A stretch of 64,000 bases of DNA, from the NCBI RefSeq assembly GCF_006345805.1, contig NC_043014.1, positions 16,802,001 to 16,866,000 on the forward strand, given 5' to 3'. The stretch comes from Octopus sinensis (Eukaryota). Of the stretch, positions 26,901-38,804 are shown in pieces. Position 1 is the first letter of the stretch; each line of letters starts with the position of its first letter. Below the pieces are notes generated by a model. It was not told where the DNA came from. It ran no database searches and worked only from the letters and a program-made list of their open reading frames with translations. Both the position numbers and the translations under genes were made by a program.

Positions 26901-29900
26901 AATTACAATTTGAATTGTGTGATAAATTTAAAAAAAGACTCCTTGCAATGTTTTTGCACTAGAAATGAAGTTAATTTTTTTATGTCCCAGGGAGACTGGT
27001 GTCTGTGACTAATGCCACTTTACTATGTCATTTAGTCTTTTGGGACTTAAAGATTTTAAATGATATTTTGATGACAAAATTTCAGCATTTAGATATCATC
27101 ATCCACTTTCCCTTGGTTGCATGAATTGGACTGGAATTATGATGGTAGATTTTTCTATGACTGGATGCCCTTCCTGTCACAAACCTTTGCCTTTTCTAAG
27201 CAAGCTAATATTTCACCAAGCCCAGGCATATTTTTGCACAATACTGGAAATGAATGTTTTAACAATCATGTGATGTTAAGAGAGGCACTTGCACACACTG
27301 ATATTTCTTCATGTTTCTGTCTTAGGAGATAAACTCACAAGGCTTTGGTTGGCCTGGGGCTATAAGACACTTGCCTAAGGTATGGTTGAACCCAAAATTG
27401 GTTGGGAAGCAAACTTCTCAATCACACAGCTACATCTGTATTTATCTATGGATGGATAATTAAATAAAAAAATTCGTTATCAAAGACTAAATTTGGAAAG
27501 TATATATCAAATAACGATAATAAAAGTTTTAATTTTCATATTTATTGACTATTTTTGTATATCTATTTCTTTTTAGACCTTTTTTGTTCCTGACACTCTA
27601 GATGTTTTAGATAATGACCCAGACTATCACCCTGATAGCTCCATGGAATTCGACACACCTTATATGAAAGTGACCTAGAAACAAGCAAAACCTGTGAGTT
27701 TAGAATTTTTCAAAATTTACACTTCATATTTGGCTGTAATCAACTCTGGCTATTACACACATTCTGTCAGGAATTCTTTATGCTTGTGATTTTTTTTTAT
27801 TCTTTTTTTTTTCTGTAATTTACACAGTTTTATGTGATGCTTATTTCCATTTGTAATAATTTATGAAATTATGGCTTGAGTCAGTCTTCACAAATGATGG
27901 ATGCTTAAGGTCCAATACTAGTAAATGGAGGAGTTTTGGTAGTTTAGATTATCTCCCCTTCTCACATGGTGCTGGTCTTAAATTACTATTTGGTAATTGT
28001 GGCACATCCTCTAGAAGCAGAGAATTTTAATAAATCAAGAATTTTTATTGTATGGTATTTGATATACCCATATTTGTCTACAATGTACATATACATGCTA
28101 CTGGCTTCAATTATTTCTCTTGGCTCACTTTTTGTTTAGATTAAGAAACAACCTAAAAGCATTCCTTACCCCCCCCCCCCTTCACAGTGTAAAGGATAGA
28201 GGAGAAAATAATGAAAATGGTATTTCTTTTCTTTTTAATTTACTTGAGTCAGAAAAGAACGCTTGGTGCCCATTTTCTCTTGCAGACCCTTCAAGACCAC
28301 TGGTTCTTAACTTCTTTTTTTAGCACTCCTTTTTAAGTAGTTGTTATGCCTAGTTCTCCTCTAAGTGATGTTTGAGGTATCACAACTTACTTAACTGAAC
28401 AGAGATGATAATCTTACTCTAAAAGTGGATTGTATAAGCTTTTAACAGTGAAAAGATCAAAAAATTGATAAAGACACAAGTTGTAAATTTACTTTATACA
28501 AGTTAGTGACTTCCCTGTACCGGATGAGGTCTCATTTTATTTTAATAACCATTACTAGGTTTATTATGTATAATATAATTACTACTATTGGTAGAATTTA
28601 GTATGTTTATTATGTTACCTCACTGCACCTCCTTGGAGGTGGGATTACCTTCTTTGAGAACCTCTGCTCTGGACAGATATAAATTAATGTCTGAATAAGG
28701 AGGAAATTCTAGACATTTGCTTTCCTGGTAGTGAAATGTTCTAGCAACGTACAGCAAGAGTTGTGGGGAAACGACCATAGATTATCGTATTGGGAAAGGG
28801 TCCAGTACCAGCTTTCATGACATTTTCTTGTTGGAATTTAAAATTTTCTCTGGAGATCTAACTGAGTTTTGTAATATTAAAAGGATTATTCTTGATAAAT
28901 AATATTCGTTTAAGCCTTTCGATACCAACCCAGCTGAAACTGCCTCTGGCTCTGTAGTACAAATGTCTTGTTGCCATAAATTTTGAATTAAAATCTTCCA
29001 CCAAACCTTAGTCACAATTTATGTTCCTAACACTAGCTTAATAATAACTAAGTTATTTTACTAAATTCTTTGTTATATCTGAAATAATTGAAAGAAACAC
29101 AGAGCATCTCAACAGAAATATGGTAACAAAAGGGTTAAATGAATATATGTACTGTGTTGTTTGCAATATTCTGTGAAATTAAATATTTTTAGGCAATTGT
29201 TTGCAAGTTAAACTTGCAATGTTATTAGAGTTGGTTAGAATGGGTACATATGACTTGAAAAAAAGGGTTTGATATCAAAAAGGGCAGAGATTAAGGAGTA
29301 GTGATAGGGCAGAGAATTCAAAGAATGATAAAGGTAGGAAGATGAAAGGGTATTAGGAATGTGTAGGTGGAGAAATGAAAAGATATCCGAAGCATGTGGG
29401 TTGAGAAGTGAGAAGGTGTTGGGGGTATATGGACATGGTGTTGGGAAGCTATTGGGAAAAGTGGGTGGAGAAACACAAATATTAGAAAATAGATAGAGGT
29501 AAAAGGCTATTGGGAGTAAGTGGAGAGAATGGTCAAAAGATATCAAGTGTAAGTGGGTGGAGCAATAAAAGCATATTGGGAATAATTGTCAAATTCTGAA
29601 GTGAGGAGATATATTTTTCTCATTAGAACTTTTTTTGTTTTTCTATTTCAGTTGAAAAGTTGCAGGTGTTTACTCAGTAAATGCAAATCCAAAGTTTGCC
29701 CATGTTTCAAGAAGACAGCGTTCTGTTTGCCTTCATGTTCTTGTGCTAATTGTGAAAATAAGGTATTTTAATTATTATTGTTGTTGTTGTTGTTTGGGGT
29801 AAAGCGGAGAGCTGGCAGAATCGTTAGCATGCCAAGCAAAATGCTTAGTGGTATTTCGTCTGCCGCTACACCCCGAGTTCAATTTCCGTTGAGGTTGACT

Positions 29901-32642
29901 TTACCTTTCGTCCTTTCAAGATCGATAAATTAAGTACTGGTGGAACACTGAGGTTGATGTAATCAATTAGCCCCTTGACCCCAAACTCCAGGCCTTGTGT
30001 CTTTAGTAGAAAGGATTATTATTGTTTGGAGTGAAATGCTGCTGAGGTCAATTTTGCCTTTCATCCTTTGGGGCGGGGTGTGGGGTCAATAAAATAAATA
30101 CCAGTGGGGCACTGGGATCAGTGTAATCAACCTCTCCACCCCTCAAATTTCAGACTTTGTGTCAAAATAAGGATAGTTATTATTAGAGTTCAAACTCCAC
30201 CAAGTAGACTTTAACCATTCATCCTTTTTTTGGGGTGGGGGTGGAGAGAGTTGATAAAATAGTACTAATTGCAAACTGGATCAGTCATCATCATCATCAT
30301 CATCGTTTAACATCTGTTTTCCATGCTGGCATGGGTTGGACGGTTTGACTGGGGTCTGGCAAGCCAGGAGGCTGCACCAGGCTCCAGTCTGATCTGGCAG
30401 TGTTTCTATAGCTGGATGCCCTTCCTAACGCCAACCACTCCAAGAGTGTAGTGGGTGCTTTTTACATGCCACTGGCACGGAAACCAGTCAATGCAGCGCT
30501 GCCATCGGCCACGTTCTGATGGTGCTTTTTACATTCCACCGGCATTTGATTTTGGTTTTGATGTACTTGACTCAATAGGTCTCCTCAAGCATGGCATGTC
30601 ACCCTACAATCCAAGGTACTTTTGAGTGGGCTGGTTATGCGACACTGGTGTAGGTTACAGCTGTGAACTCACTTTATTTGCCGGGTCTTCTCAGTCACAG
30701 GTTTCAGTCTTTTGTCTTTGCCTCTGTGAGGCCCAACGTTTGAAGGTCATGCTTGACCACCTCATTACATGTCTTCCTGGGTTTACCTCTACCCCGGATT
30801 CCTTCAACTGTTTGGGCGTGGCACTTCTTCACACATCTCTCCTCATCCATCCGTAGTACATGACATTACACATCCAGTGAATCATACTAGCTTCATTTCT
30901 TTCAAGCCTACGCATGTCTTCAGCAGTTACGGCCCATGTTTCACTGCCATGAAGCATTGCAGTTCATATACATGCATCGTACAATCTACCTTTCACTCTG
31001 AGCGAGAGGCCCTTTGTCACCAGCAGGGGTAGAAGCTTTCTGAATTTTGCCCAGGCTATTCTTATTCTAGTGGCAATGCTCTCTGAGCATCCACCCTCAC
31101 TATAGACTTGGTCACCTAGGTAGCAGAAGCTATCAACTACTTCTAGTTTCTTCTCCTGGAATTTGATGGAATCAGTTTTCTGAGCATCTGTAGTGTTTAT
31201 TGTCTCTGTGCATCTGCTGCACATGAAAGCTATCTTCTCAATTAATCTTCCTTTGATGTTGCTGCACTGCTTATGTGCCCATAGCTTACACTGGGTACAT
31301 CTAATGGTGTTTCTACCTACACCTTTTCTACAGATTGAGCAGGGCCACCTACCTGAAGGGGTGTGTGATGTGTTCGCCTTCCAAGTGAACTTTGGTCTTT
31401 ACGACATTGACTCTAAGGCCCTTCAATTCTAAACCTTGCTTCCAAACCTGAAATTTCTTCTAGTTCTGGTAGGGATTCTCTGAGGGTCAGGTCATCAGCA
31501 TAGAGGAGCTCCCAGGGGCAACCTGACTTGATAAGTAATTGATTTACCCTCCACCCTTTAAAATTGCTGGCCTTGTGCTGCACAAGTGTTGGATCTCATG
31601 GAGGCAATGACCAAGACCTTTGGCATTATGTCGTGCTTGAGAAAATGACACATCAAGCTGAGCAAAATTGCAGTCATGGCACATAAAAGCACCCATTACA
31701 CTCTCAAAGTGGTTAGCATTAGGAATGGCATCCAGCCATAGAAAGTCATGCCAAATCAGACTGGAGCCTGGTGCAGCCTTCCAGTGTGCCAGCCCAGTCA
31801 AACCTTCTATCCCATGTACAGCTCCTAGGGGCTAAAAGTGGTTCATAGTGGCTAGATGTGTATCTTGGACTCATAGTAGATAGAAATATGAGGAACCCAT
31901 AGTGGCTAGATGTGTATCTTGGACTCTTATTAGATAGATGTATGAGGAGCCCATAGTGACTAAATGTATGATTAACTTCTGGTGGCTGGCTGTGTATGAT
32001 GGACTCTTTTGTGACAAGATGTAGTGGACTCCCAGAGACTAGATGTGTCTGATGGACTCTTAGTTAATAGATGTATGATGGACTCTTAGCAGACAGATGT
32101 TTCATGGTTAACTCCTAGTGACACACACACACATGATAAGCTTCTTTCATTTTCCATCTGCGAGATGCACTCACAAGGCTTTGGTTGACCCAGGCTATTG
32201 TAGAAGACGAGTATCTGAGGTGCCATGCAGTGGGACTGAACTCTGCATGGCCACACCTTTGCTTGATTGTAGATATTTGAAAAAAGAAAAGAAAAAGGTC
32301 TGAATAAGAGCTATTTCTGGTGTACACTGTTTGAATGTGATGGAATTGACAGTATTGGGTTGGAGATGTTTTGGGATTTGTTAACCCATACTGTGGTGGA
32401 GAGTGAGTGTGCTGCATGAAATTTGGAAAGAAAGGAAAATGGCAAATGTAGAGTGGTTCTTCTTTATCCTTTCCTTCTACACCATTACCTATGAATGATT
32501 AATTGTGCCAGTTGTGTTTTTATAATGATTTTTCAATTAAATATTGACAACGTTCTTCTTTCTGTTCTTTCAGCCGACATCTGTATTTGACTCATCCACC
32601 AGCGATGTGGACAACGAAAATGAAGACAGACTGATAGAATAA
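17825..32642 (+). CDS. KIF4: KIF4/chromokinesin-like locus, C-terminal half only (10 exons; one broken, one with in-frame TAG; may be a pseudogene)
   Basis: Colinear matches to KIF4 stalk and tail: AAVANKRLKEAL, EAKYHLKNLVEDRKTL, RNVQIATLQ, ISFLLKQLQ and the Cys-rich CRC-C-SKVCPC-K-C-SCSC-NCEN tail; splice phases consistent except after 23152. Confidence 0.85.
19072..19206 (+). CDS. KIF4: KIF4-like exon (TLLEQELEVKVRVQEAKYHLKNLVEDRK..PPTK)
   Basis: atgttag acceptor, gttggt donor; 135 nt, phase 0-0. Confidence 0.9.
19293..19865. repeat. Three near-identical tandem copies of a 191-bp unit that includes a LINE 3' end
   Basis: Unit starts atgagaaattt at 19293, 19484, 19675; only a few substitutions; continues into an RTE C-terminal remnant (ERIPRWILQAMPIGRGPMGRPK on minus). 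Confidence 0.95.
21091..21173 (+). CDS. KIF4: KIF4-like exon (KRITTDGDGSPKEVNISIIKLTDEINDR)
   Basis: ttttcag acceptor, gtttgt donor; 83 nt, phase 0-2, fits both neighbours. Confidence 0.8.
21287..22270 (-). mobile_element. Mariner (Tc1/mariner) transposase remnant; right end approximate
   Basis: DEIWIYFYDPATKRHSAQW, FHQDNAPVH, PCNPDLAPCDFWLFPKL motifs; tacgagg terminus at 21287. Confidence 0.9.
22956..23005 (+). CDS. KIF4: KIF4-like exon (RNVQIATLQSEIQEAEN)
   Basis: tatag acceptor, gtaaga donor; 50 nt, phase 2-1; matches KIF4 RSAQIADLQQKLLDAES. Confidence 0.85.
23152..23210 (+). pseudogene. KIF4: KIF4-like exon start (DKFKGCVETIRSINDS) running into a MITE with no phase-0 donor
   Basis: tctttcttttag acceptor, phase 1 as required; aligns to KIF4 DRPKQRWENIATI; in-frame TGA at 23247 inside the MITE. 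Confidence 0.6.
23867..23964. repeat. Hairpin, 45-bp arms, 8-nt loop
   Basis: 23867-23911 vs 23920-23964, two mismatches. Confidence 0.9.
24232..24402 (+). CDS. KIF4: KIF4-like coiled-coil exon (SIKERIDH..LQQKYESK)
   Basis: ccatgcag acceptor, gtaact donor; 171 nt, phase 0-0. Confidence 0.85.
25277..25456. repeat. Inverted repeat, 54-bp arms (25277-25330 / 25403-25456)
   Basis: caaaatgataaggttgagaaacgctgttatagattatgcctaatcgaaaacgat vs its near-complement. Confidence 0.9.
25800..26013. repeat. Near-perfect hairpin of about 100 bp made from an RTE 3' end
   Basis: Arms 25800-25903 and 25913-26013, 9-nt loop, three mismatches and one ATC-unit indel. Confidence 0.95.
26267..26350 (+). CDS. KIF4: KIF4-like exon (ISFLLKQLQNGSEEEESPVPNGVRGAHN)
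   Basis: ttacag acceptor, gttagt donor; 84 nt, phase 0-0; matches KIF4 VLYLLSQLQ. Confidence 0.8.
27577..27693 (+). CDS. KIF4: KIF4-like exon with in-frame TAG (TFFVPDTLDVLDNDPDYHPDSSMEFDTPYMKVT*KQAKP)
   Basis: ttctttttag acceptor, gtgagt donor; 117 nt, phase 0-0; TAG at 27676-27678; position corresponds to the acidic ..KVSRK segment before the Cys-rich tail. Confidence 0.75.
28910..29138. mobile_element. piggyBac-type MITE, second family
   Basis: taagcctttcgatacc .. ggtaacaaaaggg|ttaa; related fragments at about 17533-17710 and 21200-21285. Confidence 0.6.
29652..29762 (+). CDS. KIF4: KIF4-like Cys-rich tail exon (LKSCRCLLSKCKSKVCPCFKKTAFCLPSCSCANCENK)
   Basis: ctatttcag acceptor, gtattt donor; 111 nt, phase 0-0; Cys spacing of the KIF4 cysteine-rich domain. 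Confidence 0.9.
30287..31480 (-). mobile_element. 5'-truncated RTE-clade LINE (ORF2 C-terminus, 3' UTR, (GAT)n tail)
   Basis: KLEVVDSFCYLGDQVYSEGGCSESIATRIRIAWAKFRKLLPLLVTKGLSLRVKGRLYDAC; catcatcatc tail at 30287. Confidence 0.9.
31845..32105. repeat. Degenerate minisatellite (core agatgt(gt)at..tggactc)
   Basis: catagtggctagatgtgtatcttggactc repeated exactly twice, then shorter variants. Confidence 0.8.
32574..32642 (+). CDS. KIF4: KIF4-like terminal exon (PTSVFDSSTSDVDNENEDRLIE*)
   Basis: tctgttctttcag acceptor, phase 0; TAA at 32640-32642 lies in SINE-like sequence. Confidence 0.65.
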   Translation, partial: PTSVFDSSTSDVDNENEDRLIE

Positions 32643-33203
32643 GTACTAGAATCGATTCAGTCAACTAAAAATTCTTCAAAGCAGTGCCCCAGCATGGCCA
32701 CAGTCTAATGATTGAAACAAGTAAAAGATAAAAGACATATATCTTTATAGGTGCAGCTGTGGCTATATGGTAAGTAGCTTGCTTACCAACCACATGGTTC
32801 TGGGTTCAGTCCCACTGTGTGGCACCTTGAGTAAGTGTTTTCTTCTATAGCCTCGGGCCGACCAAAGCCTTGTGTGTGGATTTGGTTGATGGAAACTGAA
32901 AGAAGCCCGTCTTGCGTGTGTGTGTATTTGTTATTTGTGTGTGTATTTGTTATTTGTGTCTGTGTTTGTCCCTCCACCATCACTTGACAACCAATGCTGC
33001 TTTTGCTGAACTTATCAGTTCAGCAAAAGAGACTGATAGAATGAGTACTAGGCTTACAAAGAATAAGTCCTGGGGTCGATTTGTTTGACTAAAGGAGGTG
33101 CTCCAGCATGGCTGCAGTCAAATGACTGAAACAAATAAAAGAGTATTGTTATATTTCGGAATGGTCATAATAAATCTAATCGAAAAAAAAAAAAAATCTA
33201 ATC

Positions 33204-33240
<37 letters not shown>

Positions 33241-33372
33241 CACATACACATATACATATATATATATACATATACATACATATATACATAGATATATATA
33301 CATATATATAGTTATTCATTTCTATTTGTTTATTTATCTGTGTATTTATTATGTTTTCGGGATCCTCTATCG

Positions 33373-33967
33373 TCATATGTTGTGGTGTGTGCTATTGCTC
33401 CATTCTAGTTTTCTATTCAGGCTAGGTTTATTTTCTATTATAAGTGTAGCTTCTGTAATTTGTCTAATTGTTGCATCTGTTCTATGTGTGGACAATATCT
33501 TAATCTCTATGTTATTTATTGATCCCCCATGTTCCTGTTCGGCGTGTTGGTACAGAATCGATGAGCTTTTATCTTCCTTGAGTTGTCTCCAATGTTCATT
33601 CACCCGCTCTCCTATGCTTCTTGCCGTTTCCCCTACGTATGTTATTGTCTTGTTACTGCATCGTCCCTCTATACATCTTATACTATAGAACCCCTGTACG
33701 GATAAGTATTGCACTGTATGTAGATTTAGCCCACAAATAAACTGTAAAGCCAGAAGTGTAGTCTATAGTATAAGATGTATAGAGGGATGATGCAGTAACA
33801 AGACAATAACATACGTAGGGGAAATGACAAGAAGCATAGGAGAGCGGGTGAATGAACATTGGAGACAACTCAAGGAAGGTAAAAGCTCATCGATTCTGTA
33901 CCAACACGCCGAACAGGAACATGGGGGATCAATCAATAACATAGAGATTAAGATATTGTCCACACAT
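33373..33967. mobile_element. Penelope-like element GIY-YIG endonuclease remnants in inverted orientation
   Basis: YSIRC..TYVGETARSIGERVNEH..HAEQEH..EATLIIENKPSLNRK on minus (33373-33714); second copy on plus (33762-33967). Confidence 0.9.
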
Positions 33968-34149
33968 ATCTTTCCAAAAGGTCTTTCCAAAATTTTCTTA
34001 GCTGTATCAGCTTGTCTTGGAGTTGTAATGAGTCATCTGACTCTTGAACATGAAAAAGTGGATTAATGGCTCCCACAAATTCACTAGTCTTTCAAAGCTC
34101 AGGCCTTTTGACCCATCTTACTTCTATGTGAAGCAATAGGGTTTTAAAA

Positions 34150-34444
34150 TCTTCATCTTCACAGAATTGCATAAAAATCAACTATCCAATAGAGGTACTC
34201 AATTCCTTTGAGCACCCCGGACTACCACCACACTTTCTCAAACTTAAAGTTGGTGCCCCTATAATGCTCATCAGAAATTTGGTTCCCCCAAAACAATGCA
34301 ATGGCACACATTTGATCGTTAAGTCCTTATCTCCCACAGTAAACTTATATCAATATTTGCCTGAATAATCATCATAATTCAGTGCAATCATTAACAGTAC
34401 TTTCAAGCAATTCAGCCCCGAGCAATGCCGGGCAATTCTGCTAG
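34150..34444 (+). mobile_element. Helitron remnant: Pif1-helicase fragment plus canonical 3' end
   Basis: [47 protein letters not shown]; GC hairpin cccgagcaatgccggg then CTAG (34441-34444) followed by T. Confidence 0.9.
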
Positions 34445-35243
34445 TATATATATATAATATATATATATATATAATATATATATTATATAATATATTTATA
34501 TATAATATAATAATATATATATATATAATATATATATATATAATATATAATATATATAATATATCATCATCATCATCATCGTTTAACGTCCGCTTTCCAT
34601 GCTAGCATGGGTTGGACGGTTCAACTGGGGTCTGGGGAGCCCGAAGGCTGCACCAGGCCAGTCAGATCTGGCAGTGTTTCTACTGCTGGATGCCCTTCCT
34701 AACGCCAACCACTCCGAGAGTGTAGTGGGTGATTTTATGTGCCACCGACACAGATGCCAGACGAGGCTGGCAGACGGCCACGCTTGGAGGGTGTTTTTAT
34801 GTGCCACCGACACAGGTGCCAGATGAGGCTGGCGAACAGCCACGATCGGATGGTGTTTGTTACGTGCCCACAGCACGGAGGCCAGTCGATGCGGTACTGG
34901 CTACGGCCACGTTCGGATGGTTTTCTTGTATGCCACCGGCACTGGTACCACAAAGTTACAAATTCCATTGATGTTCATCTATTTTGATTTGTTTTGATTT
35001 GATTTGATTTGATTTTGATTTTTTTGATTTTCACTTGCCTCAACAGGTCTTCACAAGATGTTCATCTATTTTGATTTGTTTTGATTTGATTTTCACTTGC
35101 CTCAACAGGTCTTCACAAGTGTCACAAGAAGGAAGGTATGCACGTCCCAGGTAGGGGCCACGGGTTATGGCCTGACTAGTCTTGCCGGGTCTTCAGATGG
35201 TGTTTTTATGTGCCACCGACACAGGTGCCAGATGAGGCTGGCG

Positions 35244-35343
35244 NNNNNNNNNNNNNNNNNNNNNNNNNNNNNNNNNNNNNNNNNNNNNNNNNNNNNNNNN
35301 NNNNNNNNNNNNNNNNNNNNNNNNNNNNNNNNNNNNNNNNNNN
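35244..35343. other. Assembly gap (100 N)
   Basis: Direct inspection. Confidence 1.
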
Positions 35344-35580
<237 letters not shown>

Positions 35581-36248
35581 TCTCTATAGTTTCCTGTTTG
35601 CTATATTTGTTTAATATTCCTGTATTTTATGCAATGGAAATTATGATTAAAATATTTCCCAAAATTTCAGTTGTTTCTTTTGTTTTTGCAATATTCACCT
35701 CCCACTCCATCCTTGACCACTCATGCAGTTTCCTTTCCATGATATAAGGACCTCTTATACCAAATCTCCTCCTCCTCACACCCCTACACATTATTCTTTC
35801 TTGAATATTGCATCTTGTAATTACAGTATATTCATTGTTTATTGTATTTTAAATGCTTCACTCATTAAATATGCCAGCCAGGTGAAGGGTGACATAATGG
35901 TTGATCAGGGAAGTTTCCAGAGCTATAAAAGCAGAAGAGACCAGAAAGGAAGAATATGAGGCATACGTATAGTTTAGTGCCCCACACTAGATGGATTCCT
36001 TGTTAATATCTGAATAATGGTTTCTTCAAATTAAACTTTTTAGAGATAAGTTTTCGAAGGTCCAGATTAAAATTATTTTCATAAGCTTGTGAACGAACAT
36101 TTTGGAAGAGATTCTTATTATGAACCCCACACTGTTTTCATCAAACCTAACTTCATAACTTGGGGAACCCACCAAACTCTTGATCAACTAAAAATCTGGT
36201 GACACACCAGCCAGACTGGCTACATTCTCACTAGAAAGCAGTGAGAAT

Positions 36249-36308
36249 GGAGAGAAGCCATATCACTGTGATATCTGTGGTAAATCATTCTCTGAAAATA
36301 CAGCTTGA
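36249..36308 (+). pseudogene. Isolated partial C2H2 finger ([19 protein letters not shown])
   Basis: Nearly identical to the 35344 array units; ends in TGA. Confidence 0.8.
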
Positions 36309-36651
36309 ACAAAACACCATATATATATATATATATATCATCATCATCATCATCAGACACATATATATGTATATATGGTATGGCAATAGGGGCATGGGTG
36401 ATATGAAGATGATGATAGGGGAATAATAGGGGAGAGGTAAATATTTGAGAGACACAAACGGCTGAAGGTGTAGATTTGAGACGTGTGTGTAAGTGTGATA
36501 ATTGGTCATCCTTTAGCGTCCAAGTTCACAATTGAGACTGGAGCTAGGGATATCCCAAGTGATAGGCTAGCATGGCCATACACTGGGTACTCTTTTTTAC
36601 CTGTCTACAACTTTCATACATGCTCACCTTGTCTATGATGATGGAATACCC

Positions 36652-37050
36652 AGGCGTAGGAGTGGCTGTGTGGTAAGTAGCTTGCTTACGAACCACATGG
36701 TTCCGGGTTCAGTCCCACTGCGTGGCACCTTGGGCAAGTGTCTTCTACTATAGCCTCGGGCCGACCAAAGCTTTGTGAGTGGATTTGGTAGACGGAAACT
36801 GAAAGAAGCCCATCGTATATATGTATATATATATATATGTGTGTATGTTTGTGTGTTGTGTTTGTCCCCCCAACATCGCTTGACAACCAATGCTGGTGTG
36901 TTTACGTCCCCGAAACTTAGCGGTTTGGCAAAAGAGACCGATAGAATAAGTACTAGGCTTACAAAGAATAAGTCCTGGGGTCGATTTCCTCGACTAAAGG
37001 CGGTGCTCCAGCATGACCACAGTCAGATGACTGAAACAAGTAAATGAGTA
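36652..37050 (+). mobile_element. Full-length family A SINE
   Basis: aggcgtaggagtggctgtgtggtaag head through gactgaaacaagtaaa tail. Confidence 0.9.
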
Positions 37051-37214
37051 TGGATGTGCTATCCCAGAAACAGCTGTAATAGTTCCAATTTACCTTACCC
37101 TAGTTAAATATTCTAAATGAATTGAGATACCTGCCCTGCCTTGAATTTTGTTGTCCTTTTGCCTCTAATATACATATGTACATATATATATATATATATC
37201 TTATACATATATGT

Positions 37215-37247
<33 letters not shown>

Positions 37248-37794
37248 TCATCATCGTTATCGTTTTACGTCCGCTTTCCATACTGGTATAGGTTGGACAG
37301 CTTGACTGAGGAGTGGTGAGTCAGAGGGTGCACCAGGCTCAATCTGATCTGGCAAAGTTTCTACAGCTGGATGCCCTTCGTAATGCCTACCATTCCAAAA
37401 GTGTAGTGGGTGCTTTTACAAGCTACCTGCAAGGAAGCCAGTCCGGCAGTACTGGTGACGACCACACTCGAATGGTGCTTTTCACGTGTCAGCAGCACAG
37501 GAGCCAATCCATGACCCTGGCAACGATTACACTCAGATATGCTTTTAACATTCCACTGGCATGAGTGCCAATCAGGTGGTTCTGTCTTTGGTCACGTCAG
37601 CAATTTTGATTTTGATTTCACTTGCCTCAATGTCTTCACAAGCAAAGTTTATTGTCCAATGAATGAGGGGTACTCATAAATGGGCTGGTTACACCTAGTG
37701 GCATAGGCCATGAGCTATGGTCTCACTTGTCTTGTCAGGTTTTCTCAAGCACAGAATATTTCCAAAGGTCCTCGACACTAGTCATAGCCTGGCA

Positions 37795-37895
37795 CCAGCA
37801 GGCCTCCCATCTCACAACTTGCACCTCAAGATTGGTGCACCAGTAATACTTTTATGAAACCTTCAATCATCCAAGCTCTGCAATGTTGCACGAGA
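37795..37895 (+). mobile_element. Second, more decayed Helitron helicase fragment
   Basis: PAGLPSHNLHLKIGAPVILL*NLQSSKLCN. Confidence 0.65.
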
Positions 37896-38804
37896 TCGAT
37901 GTAATCGACTCAGCCCTAGCCGCTATATTCATCAGACATTTCCCCATCTGCTTATCATTTATTTCAAAGTCTTCAAAATCATTTGGACAACAAAAATATG
38001 AATTTTGTAGACGAGGTCAGAACAGTATGGGAGAAGAATTTTTCTTCACAGACAAGTGAATTTTGGAAGAAGGGCCTTGCAAATTAACGAAGATGAAAAA
38101 GCATTGTAGAAAAGTTCTAATTGCTAATTCTTACCTTTATTCACCTGATTGAAATGGTTGTCTTGCAGGATGTAGCACTTTTGTTCTTCAGTAAAGAACG
38201 TGTTTGAAACAGCTGTAGTGAACCACAGCCCATCCGTGTTATTAATTACTCTTCACCTTACTCAGAACTTTCTTTCAGTTCATTTGCATCTGGAGTCTAC
38301 AGTCAACAGTGGAATACATGCAGTGAGTGTAGTTCTTTATGAATGTGATGACACTTACTTGTGGGTGTATGCATAACTTAAAGGACAAATCCGTATATAA
38401 TTTAGGAAGTACATATATGTCAGTGTATGCTGTGGGTACATAGGTGGGGTATCCACAGCTCTACATGGATGTTTAACTATTTTTCTTCACAGACAAGTGA
38501 ATTTTGAAAGAAGGGCCTTGCAAATCTATGAAGTAGATGAAAGAGCATTGTAGAAAATGAAGGAGAGAATATTTTAGATTAAAAACCACATTATTTATGG
38601 GATGGCCCAATATATATGTGTGTGTGTGTGTGTGTGAAGGATTTATCAAAGGAAATACCAAGTATGTCTACCTGTTGGAAATAACAGTGAAAACTCTTAT
38701 TTAAATCACCAAAATACTCTGATAATAACTACAGAAATCAACCATGCAAAGACAAACGGGCTGAAGGATTAAGATGAATCCTGATATCTTCGCAAATTAT
38801 TTTT

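Noticed and set aside
28360-28400. Possible C/D snoRNA in a KIF4 intron
   Set aside because: C box imperfect (gtgatgt), too short, no terminal stem
36652-36725. tRNA-like A/B box segments at SINE heads
   Set aside because: No complete cloverleaf or acceptor stem; each continues into SINE body, so no tRNA gene is called
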